64,000 nucleotides of DNA from Paraspadella gotoi. Its lineage: Eukaryota > Animalia > Chaetognatha. This document shows, piece after piece, positions 1 through 14,076 of the stretch. Below the pieces are notes generated by a model that had not been told where the DNA came from, did no database searches, and saw only the letters and a list, made by a program, of their open reading frames with translations. The DNA lies in NCBI GenBank assembly GCA_051294375.1, contig CM119265.1, positions 14,066,124-14,130,123 on the forward strand, in the 5' to 3' direction. Each line of letters opens with the position of its first letter. Positions within the stretch are counted from its first letter, which is position 1. Made by a program: the position numbers and the translations under genes.

Positions 1-669
1 AAGTATCAACGACCAGCTTCTTCATAGTTCCGGCACATCTGGAAGCGGTAATGAAGCTAGAAAACCAAGCTCCGAATAACGAAGACGAAAAACAAAATTA
101 ATTTCCTCACCTGGCGAATTCCGTTGGCAGTGAACGCACGTGAGAGTTTTTCGTCAGGTCAACCGCTTCCAGCAAAGTTAATTCGCAAAGAATCATGGGG
201 AATTCTAAATGAAAAATAGAAACGGCGCAATGCGGTTTTTTGAGGTTATAATTTAGTAAAGCGGGTCAAAGTACTACCTCTGAGTTTATTGTGTCTGAGA
301 TTAATCTGTTGCAGTTTAGTCAAGTTCCTGATGGACGCCGGAAGTTTCCTGACTTTGTTGTTGCGTAAATTGAGAGCGCGGAGATTCGGCAATAATCCAA
401 CTTCATCGGGAACAAATGTGAACCAATTCTCGCTCAGGTCAAGTACCTTGAATAATATTTAAAAATCGTTAAAATCAAACAACCAATCAATTAATCAATA
501 AACAATTTAATCAACGAATATATGAAATCATTTTTATCAATCAATCAATCCGTCAATTAATAAATCAATCGATCAATCAATCAATATTATCAACCTGGAT
601 AAGAAAAAGATCCGCAATTTTTCCTCCCCCACGAATGGAAGTCAAATAATTGTTACGAAGAATCAGAGT
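1..669 (-). CDS. Leucine-rich-repeat protein (partial; exons 669-595, 446-278, 204-111, 56-<1; 5' exon(s) unresolved, probably around 780-915)
   Basis: Phase-compatible GT-AG exons translate to TLILRNNYLTSI...VLDLSENWFTFVPDEVGLLPNLRALNLRNNKVRKLPASIRNLTKLQQINLRHNKLREFPMILCELTLLEAVDLTKN, i.e. repeated LxxLxLxxNxL motifs. Not in the ORF track because the exons are short. Confidence 0.85.
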
Positions 670-1035
670 CTGTAAAAAAACAAAAACGTTGGCTTATTTT
701 ATTTTCTATTTTTTCTATCAACGCCATAGCATTTATTTAACTACATTGTATAAAAAAAACCAACCAACCGACTAAATACCACCTTGCTCTTCTGTTTTTC
801 GCGATTTCCCACGTTTATTCTAGCAGCTCCTCTGCTTTATAGTCAGATTCCTAAGACAAGCCGCACCGCCAAACATTGGCAGTCATAGAAGAAATTTGAT
901 TGGACGATGCCATGGCGAGCTTCGGCTTTCTATTGGTTCGTTCACTGACTGAAAGCGTTTTGTCTCGCAGAAAACTCTCCTCTCTATTCTTCCCCGACGC
1001 CCCCCTCAAAATCATTGTCGTCCAGTTATGGATTC

Positions 1036-3282
1036 ATGTCTTCGTAAAGAGAAAACGAACGTTCAGTCAAAAAATCCATCTCTCGTCTTTCCCTGTGCCT
1101 TTCTCCAAATTCGTCGTCCTCGACTTTAAAAAACCGCATCGCAAACTATTTTTCCTCGGCTCTCCGCACAAGTCAGCCATTTTGGAGTCACATGATAGTG
1201 ACGCAAGGCACGTGACCAGAGTTGTTTTGTTCCCGTGATTTTCGCGTCCAGTTACGCGCCCCTACCTAGCTCTACGACGCCGCAGACGGGCGCCGCGATG
1301 AGTTCGCTTCCGGCGACGATGAGGGCCGGAGTTCGGCATTCCAATTCCGGCGCCGATGGAATCGAAGACTTCCGGAGAGGTTGGATGGATTCCTTTTTAT
1401 CATCTTTATGATTCCAATGAAAAACGAATAAGTCTTAACCATTTTCCACTTCCGTCTCCACAGACCGACACGGCCTTCCGATAAACGCCGTTCCCGTGAC
1501 TCAGACGGCGCATCTCTCGCCTGCCAACGCCGCAGCACTGCAATACCAGGTCCGCGCCGGGGACGCCGCCACGCCTCTCCTTTACCACAGCGCCCTCCAA
1601 GGTTTTCCCGGATCTCAGGTGGGTTGTCATTCTTCGTTTTTGAGTGGAGTCGGTTATTTTTTTTAATGAATTAACCTTAGACAATAAAAGATTAAAAAAT
1701 TATTCAATTAGCTTATCGGACAAGCCACCGCATCAACCTCTAACTCTAGTCCAAACCAAGAAGCCATTGAACGGTTCCCGTTTCAGTATTCGACGGGCTC
1801 TGTGTCAACGGACTCCAACGGTAAAAATATTTTATCACTTTTAGCTGGAATCAACAAAGAATTAGTTTAGTTTAGTCTTTGCTTAATTCTGCCAATCAGA
1901 TGACCAATCACATTTTAACTTTTAAAAACAATTCGCTGTCATTTTTCGCACTCTTATCAACCAACTCTGAACTGCATCTGTTTTTAGGCTTAAATTCCAT
2001 CAGACGTAGCTTGACCCCTTTTTTCCTTCCTTCAAATTTTTCTGTCACAATCGAAATTTTCGAAACCGCGTTCGTTTGGCCACAAAGATTCGACGCCCGC
2101 GAGCCAATCGGGCGTCAAATCGACGACGACAACTACGACGACACCGATCATAGAGTCGGATGTTATCATGTCCGTCCCAGTCTCCGCCACCGCCGGGCAG
2201 TTCTACGTCATGATGTCACCGCAAGAAGTCCTTCAAGGTTACGGCCCATGAAAGCAAGCATGCGAGGCATCATCAGTTATCATCACCCCGAGTTATTCTC
2301 AATGTTTATGATTCGTTTTAATTATTCGAGAGCACCGCCTTCATCGTCAGCGTCGAATTAACACTAAACGGGAGGGATGATCATTATTTAGCGCACGCTT
2401 TTGCCGCATGATTATTAATCATTGATTAATTAAACATTGTTTAATTCCGCACGTAAGCATGGCTAAGCGATTTATACGACGATGACCATATGTTGTGAAC
2501 ACACGTCAAACTAAACTAGAATTGTTTAATGTTTATAATATTTATTTTGCTCTTCTACTTTTAACCTACCTCTCCCTCCATCGATTCCCCTTCATTCCAG
2601 GACAACGAACCCTCGCTCAATTCCAAGTAGCAAAAGCAGAACCTCTGGGTCGATCGTCTCGCGACGAACGTCGGCGCGCCACCCACAACGAAGTGGAACG
2701 ACGTCGACGCGACAAAATCAACAACTGGATAGTAACTCTCTCAAAATTAGTTCCGGACTGTATCGTCGACGCTCAGAACTCCAAATCGGGCGTCGGACAA
2801 TCGCTCTCGGTTAGTCGGCAACGAAAGCAGTTTATTCATCTCATGTAATTATTTGTAAAGATGGACGGACGCTATCGGCGCCCATTGTCCAGTGCCCATT
2901 TTCCCAACGTCTAGTCTGATATTTCTTTGTAATTTATTGCCCAGTATAGGTTGAATATCTTCTTGTAGTCGGACCAAATTTTAATAACAACAATCATTTA
3001 ACTTTCAGACCCAATCGAAAGGCGGTATTTTGGCCAAGACGGTCGAACACATCACGGAACTGAAAATGACCAACGCGCGTTTGGCGGAGCAGGTCAAAGA
3101 GAATCCCAACGTCTCGCTTGACGTGGAGATGCTGAGACAGCAGGTGAGGTCTCACTCACTCTCTCTCTCTCTCACATTTATCACGCTCTCGTCCTTTGTC
3201 TCAGCTCGACGAGTTAAAGGCGGAAAACGCGATGCTACGGAACACTTTAGCCCAACACGGGATAAGCATGGATCCGTCTTAG
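1036..3282 (+). CDS. USF: Upstream stimulatory factor (bHLH-leucine zipper); exons approx. 1036-1043, 1270-1379, 1464-1618, 1787-1820, 2088-2237, 2601-2809, 3009-3143, 3205-3282
   Basis: USF-specific region GQFYVMMSPQEVLQ, basic region RDERRRATHNEVERRRRDKINNWIVTLSKLVPDC, helix 2 SKGGILAK, zipper LRQQLDELKAENAMLR; splice phases are consistent. The start exon is inferred from phase only. Confidence 0.93.
1187..1216. promoter_or_regulatory. Paired USF-type E-boxes (GTCACATG 1187-1194; CACGTGAC 1209-1216) in the predicted first intron of USF, inside the LRR-USF divergent region
   Basis: Direct matches to GTCAC(G/A)TG, the extended E-box preferred by USF/MiT factors. Confidence 0.5.
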
Positions 3283-4340
3283 CCCGTCGCCGAGGATGCC
3301 GCCGTTGCCACTACAGCTGTTAATGTTGCGTCTCATGTGTTTTTATTATTGTTCCAGATTTCCCCCTTCTTGTCTTTGTTTGTCCGTAATGCGTTACATT
3401 CCCCCCTCCTTTAGAAGTTTCAAGTGTTGTATTCTGTTGTCATTTTCTAAAAGGTAACTTTAGATAGTTAGGTACATCTCATTGAAAAGAGCTCAGTGGC
3501 AGTGCATCAGGTTTAAAAAAAACTATTCCATCTTTCCTTAGTTGCGATTTAGATTGTAATGAAATCATGACTTACCAGTTAACGTCCTATTTCGACTCCA
3601 AATTAAAGTGACGGCCTTTTTGCGTAAATCCTTCTATTTGTTATTTATGGCTATTTAAAGGTGATGTTAGATCGCGATTATTCCGTTATACACAGTTTTC
3701 TACCATCCAGATCGACACGGATTGAAAGAAAAGGAATGTCACTTTTTTTAGCAGCTCTCACCACTAATTGTTACATTTTATATAAAATTCGACTAAGGTA
3801 GTTAATATACTTATAATCAACTACGTCGATTTTAAAATTGACTTTCCTTGTCTTTGAATCTTTTCGAATCTAAATATTTTGATTGATACTCTCGGCCGAA
3901 GCTACGTGTTGAGTTCGCCATTATTTTCGTGCGATCCGATTTCTATTTATAATAATTGTGGTATGATCGTTTGTTGAGCATCCAATCGCCCTTATTATCA
4001 TTTTTTAACATTCCCTCTATCGTTTGTTTTTACAAATCCCCCAACATATCTTGCTGTTTCGGCCTACAACCGTTGTCGACCTACTCGTGGTTCTGTTACT
4101 GTTAACATTTTAAAAAAATAGATCGCAATGATGAACTCACCTCCTTTCGTAAAACTTTGCACAGTGGAAATACTCCGCTTGGAACCTAGCGAGGAAGAAA
4201 AAAAATTTGGAGCTATTATTTAAAGTAAACAAAGAAATGTCAATATTATACTGTCTTCAAAATTAAAGAAAAAAATCATTTTAGTATCATTTCTCCCCAA
4301 TGAAAACCTCTGTTATCTCATACTATTTTAGTATCTTTTA

Positions 4341-5088
4341 CACGGATTTCAAATGGGAGTGAAATGAAATTATCAAATACTGTGGCCAAATTATTTGTCA
4401 TACCAACTTCAGATTTTATATTCTGGTAAAAAAATAGTTGATATTTTTTATTTTTTAATTTCATTGCTCATCAATGGCATAGTTTATTTTCAAAAAAGGA
4501 TTTTTTTTTGCATTTGAATATGACCTTCTAGACCTATAAAATATATTTTTATAAAAAAAGATATAATGATAAAAAATTTTAATTTTTTTATAGATATAGA
4601 CATTGGAGTATACGCCTCAGCAATCAGAATGTCAAAAACTTTTTTATAGCCATAATGACAGTCCTTTTTATTTTATAGTTTTTTTAGTTAAAACTTATAT
4701 AAAATAAAAATTTTAGCTTTAAAAAATAATTGGAAAAGAATAATGATCTGGCAAGAGCCTGTTGCCTAACTAAACCTTGAAATATATTAATAAAAATTTT
4801 TTTGTATGCTCCCAAAACATTATATTAATTAATAAATATAAAAAAATTAAAATATTTGGCTTAATTTTTTTCATAATGAGTTTAAAATTGTCAAAAAAAA
4901 GGGGAGAAATGTTGCAAAAAAGCTGCTGAAAGGCAAGTGCTCCAGTTGTTATTATGTAAAGTATTATCAATTTGTTTTATAAAAACATAAACGTCAAAGA
5001 ATTTTTTAATTAATGAGATAATCAAATAACATTCATATTGAGTCAGTAATAACAAATATTTTCATTTCACTTCCATTTGAAACCCGTG
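4341..5088. mobile_element. Non-autonomous Tc1/mariner-IS630-type DNA transposon (MITE-like), 748 bp
   Basis: TIR CACGG(A/G)TTTCAAATGG(G/A)AGTGAAATGAAA (~29 bp, 2 mismatches) at both ends, TA dinucleotides at 4339-4340 and 5089-5090, very AT-rich interior. Confidence 0.8.
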
Positions 5089-6719
5089 TAAGCAATCATC
5101 TTTTCTAATTTACCCTAATCTTTGCCTTATTTTCATAAATACTTATTTCCTTTTCCCCTTTTTATCAATTAAACTCATATATATAATTATATACTCTTTC
5201 CTCTTTTTTTAATTTATATTGCTCCCCACATTGATAAAAAAATTTTTTTTTATCCAATAATTGAGTGAACGTTGACTCGATGATTTTAAGATTTTTTTTT
5301 CAATCAACTCGACTTTTCTCTCTTCCATCATATCGTCCCTTCTCTCCCCGCGACCTTCAATTCACACCGACGCTCCTCGTGCCTCCAACGACCGCGCCCA
5401 CCCACCTTTTCATCTACCCATCCCCCCCCCAACGCGCGCGTCCATTTTTCATTTGGCTCAAATGCCAGGCGGCGCTTCCGTCTGCATCGACGATGAGGAC
5501 GAGGTCCTTCTATATTTTGTTATGATCGCCCTTCGTTTCTCGCTCATGGTCTGGTGGAGAGGTCGGGGGAGAGGTGTTGGAGGCAAAACGAGGCTCGGAT
5601 TCCCCAACTCCCATCCCCCTCCTCTCTCCACACCCCCCCCTCGAAAGCCATTTTTCCCCCAATTCGATGATGCGGACGTGATGTTGACGATGATGTTGAC
5701 GATTTCGAGCGGCGGAGAAGAACCGCCAGCTCGGTCGTTTCACTAATGGTTTTTCCCCCCCTCTTCCTTTACTGTTTTTTTTTTTTTACATCGTAATGGG
5801 CATATGAATAATTTAAACATATTATAAATATACGTTATTTGTTAGAATATATACAGTTCCGTTATATATCTCATCCGCCCGATCCTGACATCAATTAACC
5901 CCGTCGTCCATAGATTTGAACCCGCCGACTTTTTCTTCAGGCTTCGATTTCGCGCACCCCCCCCCTTTCCCCCACACTCCTCCCACTCCCACTGATATTT
6001 TTTTTGGCTTTCCTATTTTCTTGCAGATTACTTCTTCCGTTCGAGTTGGTTACTTCAAATGTCTTAATTTTTTCGTTTATAAAATCCTCATTTTCGATAT
6101 ACGAAAGTCACTTATAACTCTCTCCCTTCCCTCCCTCCAACTCCCTGCCTCCCTCGCTTATCAATTACCTCTGACAGTTCGCATTCGCTGAGGTCGAAGA
6201 CTGGTTCGGGGTCTTCTTTCGCCTGAAAAAGAAAAAGAAGAGAATCCGCCTTTGAGTTGAGATCATCATCTCATCGTCGCCTCAATTCTTTCCATAGTCG
6301 TCGTCGTCGTCAAATATCATCGGGATTTTCAAGTTAATAACTTAATCATAATATAAACCAGCGAACAGCTACATAAACCACAGACATCATGCGTCCATAA
6401 CGGTCTAACCAAAACTTTCCTTTTCCCACTTCGATATTTGTTTCCGCCCTTCATTGGAATGTGTTTCGTGCCCCCCCCCCCCCCCCAGAAGACGCCAGAT
6501 TCCATCGTTGGTCTCCGGAGAAAAGAGATTTTCGAGGAAAATTAATTCGTTCGCTGGGCCATTGGAACACCCAGTCGAGAAGCCGGGAACGGGAGGACCA
6601 GAGACGCTGCCGAAAGATTTTTTTTTCTCGTTGGGTTCGTTCCTTTGAATTCCTTTTCTTGACTCCTACCAACTATGCGTTTCATGTTTCAAAATGATAG
6701 GATAGTTTACCTATTACCT

Positions 6720-6769
6720 AATAAAACTCAGTAAAAAAACGTACGTACGTTTTTTTACTGAGTTTTATT
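6720..6769. repeat. Perfect 50-bp palindrome without spacer
   Basis: AATAAAACTCAGTAAAAAAACGTAC|GTACGTTTTTTTACTGAGTTTTATT. Confidence 0.9.
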
Positions 6770-7557
6770 GACATTTTCATTGACATTTTCATTACAATCG
6801 CAACCCATAGAGAAAGGAATGTAGCATGAGGTAAAAAGTTTCATTGCGGCATTAAATTTATGGATCTAAATCGAAATGGCGATTCTCAGCTCTAAATCTC
6901 CAATCTGTGTTTGAATTACGGCAATTCAATTTCATTTCTACTTCATTGAAATCTCACCTCTAACCATGAAGCCTCATCAACTTATATCAGAAAACTGAGA
7001 AGTTAATTGGTTTAATGTCCTCTTCGAATCCTGTCGAGGAAAGGAAAGAGATTTTCCTCCTCGCGCCCTCTCTGATTTTTTCTCGTACGTGCACCGAACT
7101 TCGTTTCTAATTTATTTCATTAAAAAACTTCTAATAGCTTTATAAAATTATAATCAACTTTTACTTGGAAGCACCATTATCACTATTATCGTGTTTTCAA
7201 TTAATTATCAATAATTTTCTCTACAAAAAAAACTGTTGATTTTTGCAATTCAATAACAAAAAATACAGCTTCGATCGACACTGTTGAATAATTTTATTCC
7301 GAATTGACCTAATTTTAAAAAAATGCAGGCATATAAAGGAATATATACGAGAGATTTATTTGTATCATATTCGTTAAGTCAACAAGCATATGATAAATAA
7401 TCTTATCGCCTGTCCAGTGTCCACCCTCTGAATGTCAATCCTGTCATTTCTCATTCGTCCTTCTCTTCGTGGATGGATTTGAGCTCCACGCCGCGTTTCA
7501 AAGAATCCTCGGAGTCTTCCGATCCGATCGACATCCGATTTTCTTGGATGTTGTCGT

Positions 7558-8547
<990 letters not shown>

Positions 8548-8964
8548 GAGGAAAATAAGAGAGAGAAAAAAGAAAATTCTAAAGAGAAGACGGTTCGGCG
8601 GTTTTTTACCTAGAATTCGTAACTCCGTGTCGCACGAGTTATTGGAGAAAGTATTTCGCAATGACGAAATAAATGAAAGACCACACGGAAAGTAAAAGTC
8701 GATTTAAAAAAAAAAAGACTGTTTTAAACATTTTCCTCGCGTCGAAAATTTTGTTTTTGGAATCCATCGATTCATCCAGCCATGAACCAACGTTACCACT
8801 GCGCCCCCTTCCTCCTCAGCCCTCATCTCTTTGGCCCAAAATCCCACGACTCTGGTCGTCGCTTGACCCAAAATTCATTTTCCCTTCGACGATAAGGAAT
8901 GAACACCTTTTTCTTTTTCTTCCACTGGATTCGAGATATTGAGATAAGAGATAAATAGGCGTGT

Positions 8965-9209
8965 GGCGGTATATTCACACCGCCTCACGTCCACCATCGT
9001 TCAGCCAAATCCATTGGCTCAGAGGGGGAACACACCATCCCAGGCGTTGTGTTTCATCCATAGTCCTAACGACTTCCATCTGCGTTGGCAAAGCGAGACA
9101 GTGCCAGTAACTGCATGCGTCACTGAGGGTCAGAAGCCCCCAAATCCAACAGTGAGATGCCCCATCCCAATGGGCATCACAGGCAACCCGGCTGTTGCCA
9201 TAAAAGTCC
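8965..9209 (-). repeat. Dispersed structured element, copy 1 (homologous to 32195-32459)
   Basis: Reverse complement aligns colinearly with 32195-32459; shared blocks include GCCCATTGGGATGGGGCAT, TCTCGCTTTGCCAACGCAGA, GGAAGTCGTTAGGACT, CCCCCTCTGAGCCAATGGAT and GGCGGTGTGAATAT. Confidence 0.85.
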
Positions 9210-9861
9210 ATCTTTTCTCATCCCAGTCTGGGCGTCAAAGTAAAGAAAACTTTTTTTATTACCATTGCAATGACGATTAGTTTTCTAATCGATTCAAATG
9301 AAAAACTCTGCTTCAATTTTAATCTGTTGAATACAAAGGATGTTCTCCCTCGCGTTGAGGCATTTTCAACCGTTTCAGGTTTTTTTACGTCGCACAGCTT
9401 CCGCTCTCCAGAATTACTCTTTTCAAGTAATCATTATCCCATTTGTCCACAAACGATCCCATCTTCTTTTTTTCCCTCTTCTCTTTATTAATCGTTATCG
9501 TCTCTCCCGACCCGTCACGTACCCTTTCCACTCCTTTTTTTTTCCCCCTTTATTTTCTTCCACCAAAAAAACTTCTCTTCATTTCATCTCTTTTCCTCTC
9601 ATCATTCTCCGGCTTCCACCATCTTGGATGGAAAAAAATAACTCGTTCTCATTGGCTTTCTTCAATTACTCATCTTCCGTTTCTGCTCAACCCTTCCTTT
9701 CTTCGGCTTAAACCTCAACCCAGTGATAAATGATTCGAAAGCGTGACGGAACGGGAGAGCGGGAAAAATTGTTTCAATTCCATCTCTTTACCACTTTTCC
9801 TAATGATTGACGTTATATCTGAGCGAAACGAAGGGCGAGAAGAGAGAGGAGAAGAGAGAGA

Positions 9862-9910
<49 letters not shown>

Positions 9911-10962
9911 AGCAGAGATTCGTTCTCTGTAACACGATGATAGACAAATAGCCATTCCTCAAAAGGCATCAATCATTTGGCGCGGGGTTCGGCCCAAAGA
10001 GCCGATCGTTAAGCGTCGAGATATGAATTCCATTTTTTTTTCTCTCCGTCCATTGGGCCGTTTCGTTCCGTTCTTTCCGTTGAGAGGATGTCTTACGTAT
10101 GTCCCGGTGAAAAAGGAAAAACAGTTATTTTTATATTTGCGAGTAAAACTTTTTTTTGGAAAAAGTAACTTTCGCTCACTGTCGCCAAGGGCAAAGGGAT
10201 GAAGAGATTATTCAATTCCCATAACGATTCTTTATACAATCATCGTCTTTATTTTATAATATTATAATACTACAATATTACTAGACGAATAACCCATAGA
10301 ATTAAGTCGCAATTTTATTTTGACGCGCTGGTTTTCCGGAACGAGTGTCCTTCGAGAAAAGAGAGAAGAAGGATAAGAGGAGGATTTCCTGTTTCGGTCT
10401 GTGCGAGATAAAAGGAGATGGGAGGACCGAGGAAGAAGAACCGTAAAAGTTAAAACAAGGGCCCTGGGCTTCCCTCTTGCGGTGGGGCGAACAATTTATC
10501 GGAATTTTGGGTCTGAGAATTTGAAATCCAGATCCGTTTCCAAATTATGCGGAAAAATTCGAAGCTAAAGTTTTCTGGAGCGAGAGGCCAGTTAAGGGGG
10601 GAGTGGGAAAATAATCGAAATTGAACCATGAACTATGAACTGTTAATCTTAATTAAACTTAAACTAAATTGAACCATGAACTATGAACTGTTAAACTTAA
10701 TCATAAGTGTAAGGCAAGAGATAATAAGATAAAGATTCACATTCCTAATGCGACGAACATAATTATTGAAGAAAAGGTAACGGACTATCATAATGTACAT
10801 ACTTGTAATTTATTGCATTTGAAAAAAATGAGAAGTCGCTTTAAGAAAAAAAAAGAGAAGTAAAAATCCTGAAGAAGCGAAGAAAAGAAGAGAAGAGAGA
10901 AGATGAGAAAAGAAAAGAAGAGAAGAGAAAACAGAAGATTGGGGTAAAGGGAACAGGATGTA

Positions 10963-11029
<67 letters not shown>

Positions 11030-11049
11030 AGAGGGAGAGAAAGAGAGAG

Positions 11050-11587
11050 AGACACAGCAGCTGGGTGACCATAGAACTGTGATGGACACAAGAGAGACCA
11101 GGAGGAGATTAGGCGAGGCATCTAAGGCGTGTGGGAACCTATTGACAGAGCGGGATCTTAAGGAGCAGAGGAGATAAAACGTGTCTCGTTGGAAAATCGC
11201 ACGTAGGCGAGAAATCGCGTCTCGGATACTTTTTTTTTGTATCCTTTTTTTTCTCTTTTCTCATTTTTTCTCACTTTTTATTTTATCTCCCTTTCTTAGT
11301 CTTCCCCTTTTTTTGTCCATTGAGGGAAGTTTAGAGGCATATTTGTAAAATATTGCTTGATAAAAATTTTAGAAAATAATATATTGTGGACGAACCTTAA
11401 GTTACCTCTGTGTCTGTGCTAACTACTATTCTAGGAAAAGTCAGCTATCAGAAAAATAGATTCCAAAGACTATCCAATACTTAGAAGTTATACACAGTAA
11501 TCAAAGGACTATCCACAAGTCTGATTCGGAACCAGCACATAGACACTCGAGACGATCCATCCNNNNNNNNNNNNNNNNNNNNNNNNN

Positions 11588-11624
<37 letters not shown>

Positions 11625-12112
11625 AGCAGCGGGGACATAGACGATGGACACAAAGAGGACAGGAGAGATTAGGGCGAGGCATCAAGGCGGGAACCATGAC
11701 AGAGCGGATCTTAAGGAGCAGAGGAGATAAAACGTGTCTCGTTGGAAAGTCGCACGTAGGCGAGAAATCGCGTCTCGGATACTTTTTTTTTGTATCCTTT
11801 TTTTTCTCTTTTCTCATTTTTTCTCACTTTTATTTTATCTCCCTTTCTTAGTCTTCCCCCTTTTTTTGTCCATTGAGGGAAGTTTAGACGGCCTATTTGT
11901 AAAATATTGCTTGATAAAAATTTTTAGAAAATAATATATTGTGGACGAACCTTAAGTTACCTCTGTGTCTGTGCTAACTACTATTCTAGGAAAATCAGCT
12001 ATCAGAAAAATAGATTCCAAAGACTATCCAATACTTAGAAGTTATTACACAGTAATCAAAGACTATCCACAAGTCTGATTCGGAACCAGCACATAAGACA
12101 CTCGAGACGATC
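11050..12112. repeat. ~500-bp direct duplication either side of a 25-N gap (probable assembly overlap); same pattern at ~12265-12420 vs ~12820-12975
   Basis: 11050-11562 repeats at 11620-12112; the copies differ mainly by 1-nt indels and flank a run of exactly 25 N. Confidence 0.8.
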
Positions 12113-14009
12113 CACTCCTGTCTGATTAGGAAACAGGACATACTAAGACCACAAAGACAAGCCACTACTGTACGATAGGAATTAGGACATGAGACACCAA
12201 AGACTTGAGTTAATCTTATTTCTTCGCGAAATCCACTAGGATTTTCTATGTCGTAATCTCCAATTGTGTTGGTCCTGGCCGTCAGCCTGACTTTATTTTC
12301 AGCGAGTATTTCCTTTTTTGCTTGGTGTGTCATTTATGACATTGCACTGTATCAATAATTCCGAACTTTTACTCCTTATAAGTTTCAGTGAATTCCTGAA
12401 GGCGGCGCTAGCAGGTCCTTGATTTGAGGTTTTTTTTCTGTCTTAACATATACACAACCAACTAAAGATAAATTTTTTAATATAAGTGGGACATGACCGA
12501 CGGACTGGACTGACGCGACTGGATCCACGACCGTGACCGAAAAGTGACGTTATACGAGTACTCGGCCGGCGCAACTAAACACGGACATAAGNNNNNNNNN
12601 NNNNNNNNNNNNNNNNAAGCAATTGTGGGAAATAGCGAGATAAGAAAGAAAAGACTATGCATTATAGTAAAAAAGTGAGGAAAAAAGAAAGAGTGCTCAA
12701 AACCAAATAAGACAATAAGGAATAATTTGCCGATGGAATTTGTTTAGATTCTACTTTTAAATTTCAAGCAAAACAAGATTTGAAAAAATAGAACAAAACT
12801 CAATAACAAGAACGGTAATTCCAATGTGTTGTCCGGCCGCATGTGACTTTTTTTCACGAGTATTTCCCTTTTTTGCTTGGTTGTCATTATGACATGCACT
12901 GTTATCAATGAATGTCCTGTGACTTTTACTCCTTATAAGTTTCAGGTAATTCCTGAAGGCGGCGCTTAGCAGTCCAGTCTCTCTTTCAACTTACTGTAGT
13001 CATGTATTTATGTCATGTCTGACGTTATCGGGAACCGGGAATAATAATATAGATTATAGAAGCTTTGGACCTATACCTTTATTATGGCATACATAGTTTT
13101 CACACTTAAAAATGCCTCTAATTTTGTATAAAGTCGCTCCTTTGAAACTAATCAATTTTGAAAAAAAGTAATGTAACAAGAAACAGGTCGTTTGCTTCTG
13201 CAGCAATTTGCGATTTTGTTAGGTTTAGACGAAATGTCAGTCTATCCAACAAGGAAGACTACGACGACGACAACGACGAGGAAGACGACAACGACATCGA
13301 TGAAACGCTGATCATCGGCGCTCTGGGACCAGAAATTCACGGAGGGACGGTTTCTCGTGGAGGAGAGAAGAAAAGTAAAATGAAAAGAAAACCGAGGGGA
13401 AAAAAAAGGATGAGGAAAACAAGGACGAGAAGAAAAAAAGGGAGACAACACAAAAAACGACGACGACGACGACCACAACGACGACGTCGATGGCCGCTGA
13501 TTATGACAACAGAGTGAAATGAACCACAAAAACAAAGACAAAGAGAGCAGACGTACGAAAACCCAAAAAAAAGTCAGAAAAAAAAAAATTTCTGACAAAG
13601 ATCGATCGCTCTAAATGGCGAACCTTCGGAACGTTTAGGAGAAACTAAAATTAGCAGGTATACCATACAATGTATATTGTATAGTCCATACATGGAGACT
13701 GCAGTTTATTCTTCAATTTAGCCTCGATAAGAAAAAGAGTTACTTTTCGAAGTTAATATCGAAAACTTGCAAATACTGTAATGTATTTGGATCATTTTGT
13801 GTTTACCTTCTCATCCAACAGGGAGACGTCGGCCAAAGAAAAAAAAATGGAGCCAAGGAAAAAATGGCTGAGAGAAAAATGGCCGCTCGGACCTCGGCGC
13901 GAAAAAAAGTCAACAAACAAAACTCTCGATCCTTTTCTTTTTTCTTCTTGGTTAGCTTCAGTCAATAAAAGGGTTAAAAGCAAGAAAGGAGCTCAGACAT
14001 ATATTTTTA

Positions 14010-14076
<67 letters not shown>

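Noticed and set aside
11050-12975. Direct repeats resembling LTRs or segmental duplications
   Set aside because: Each pair flanks an exact 25-N gap and differs by 1-nt indels, typical of over-filled gaps.
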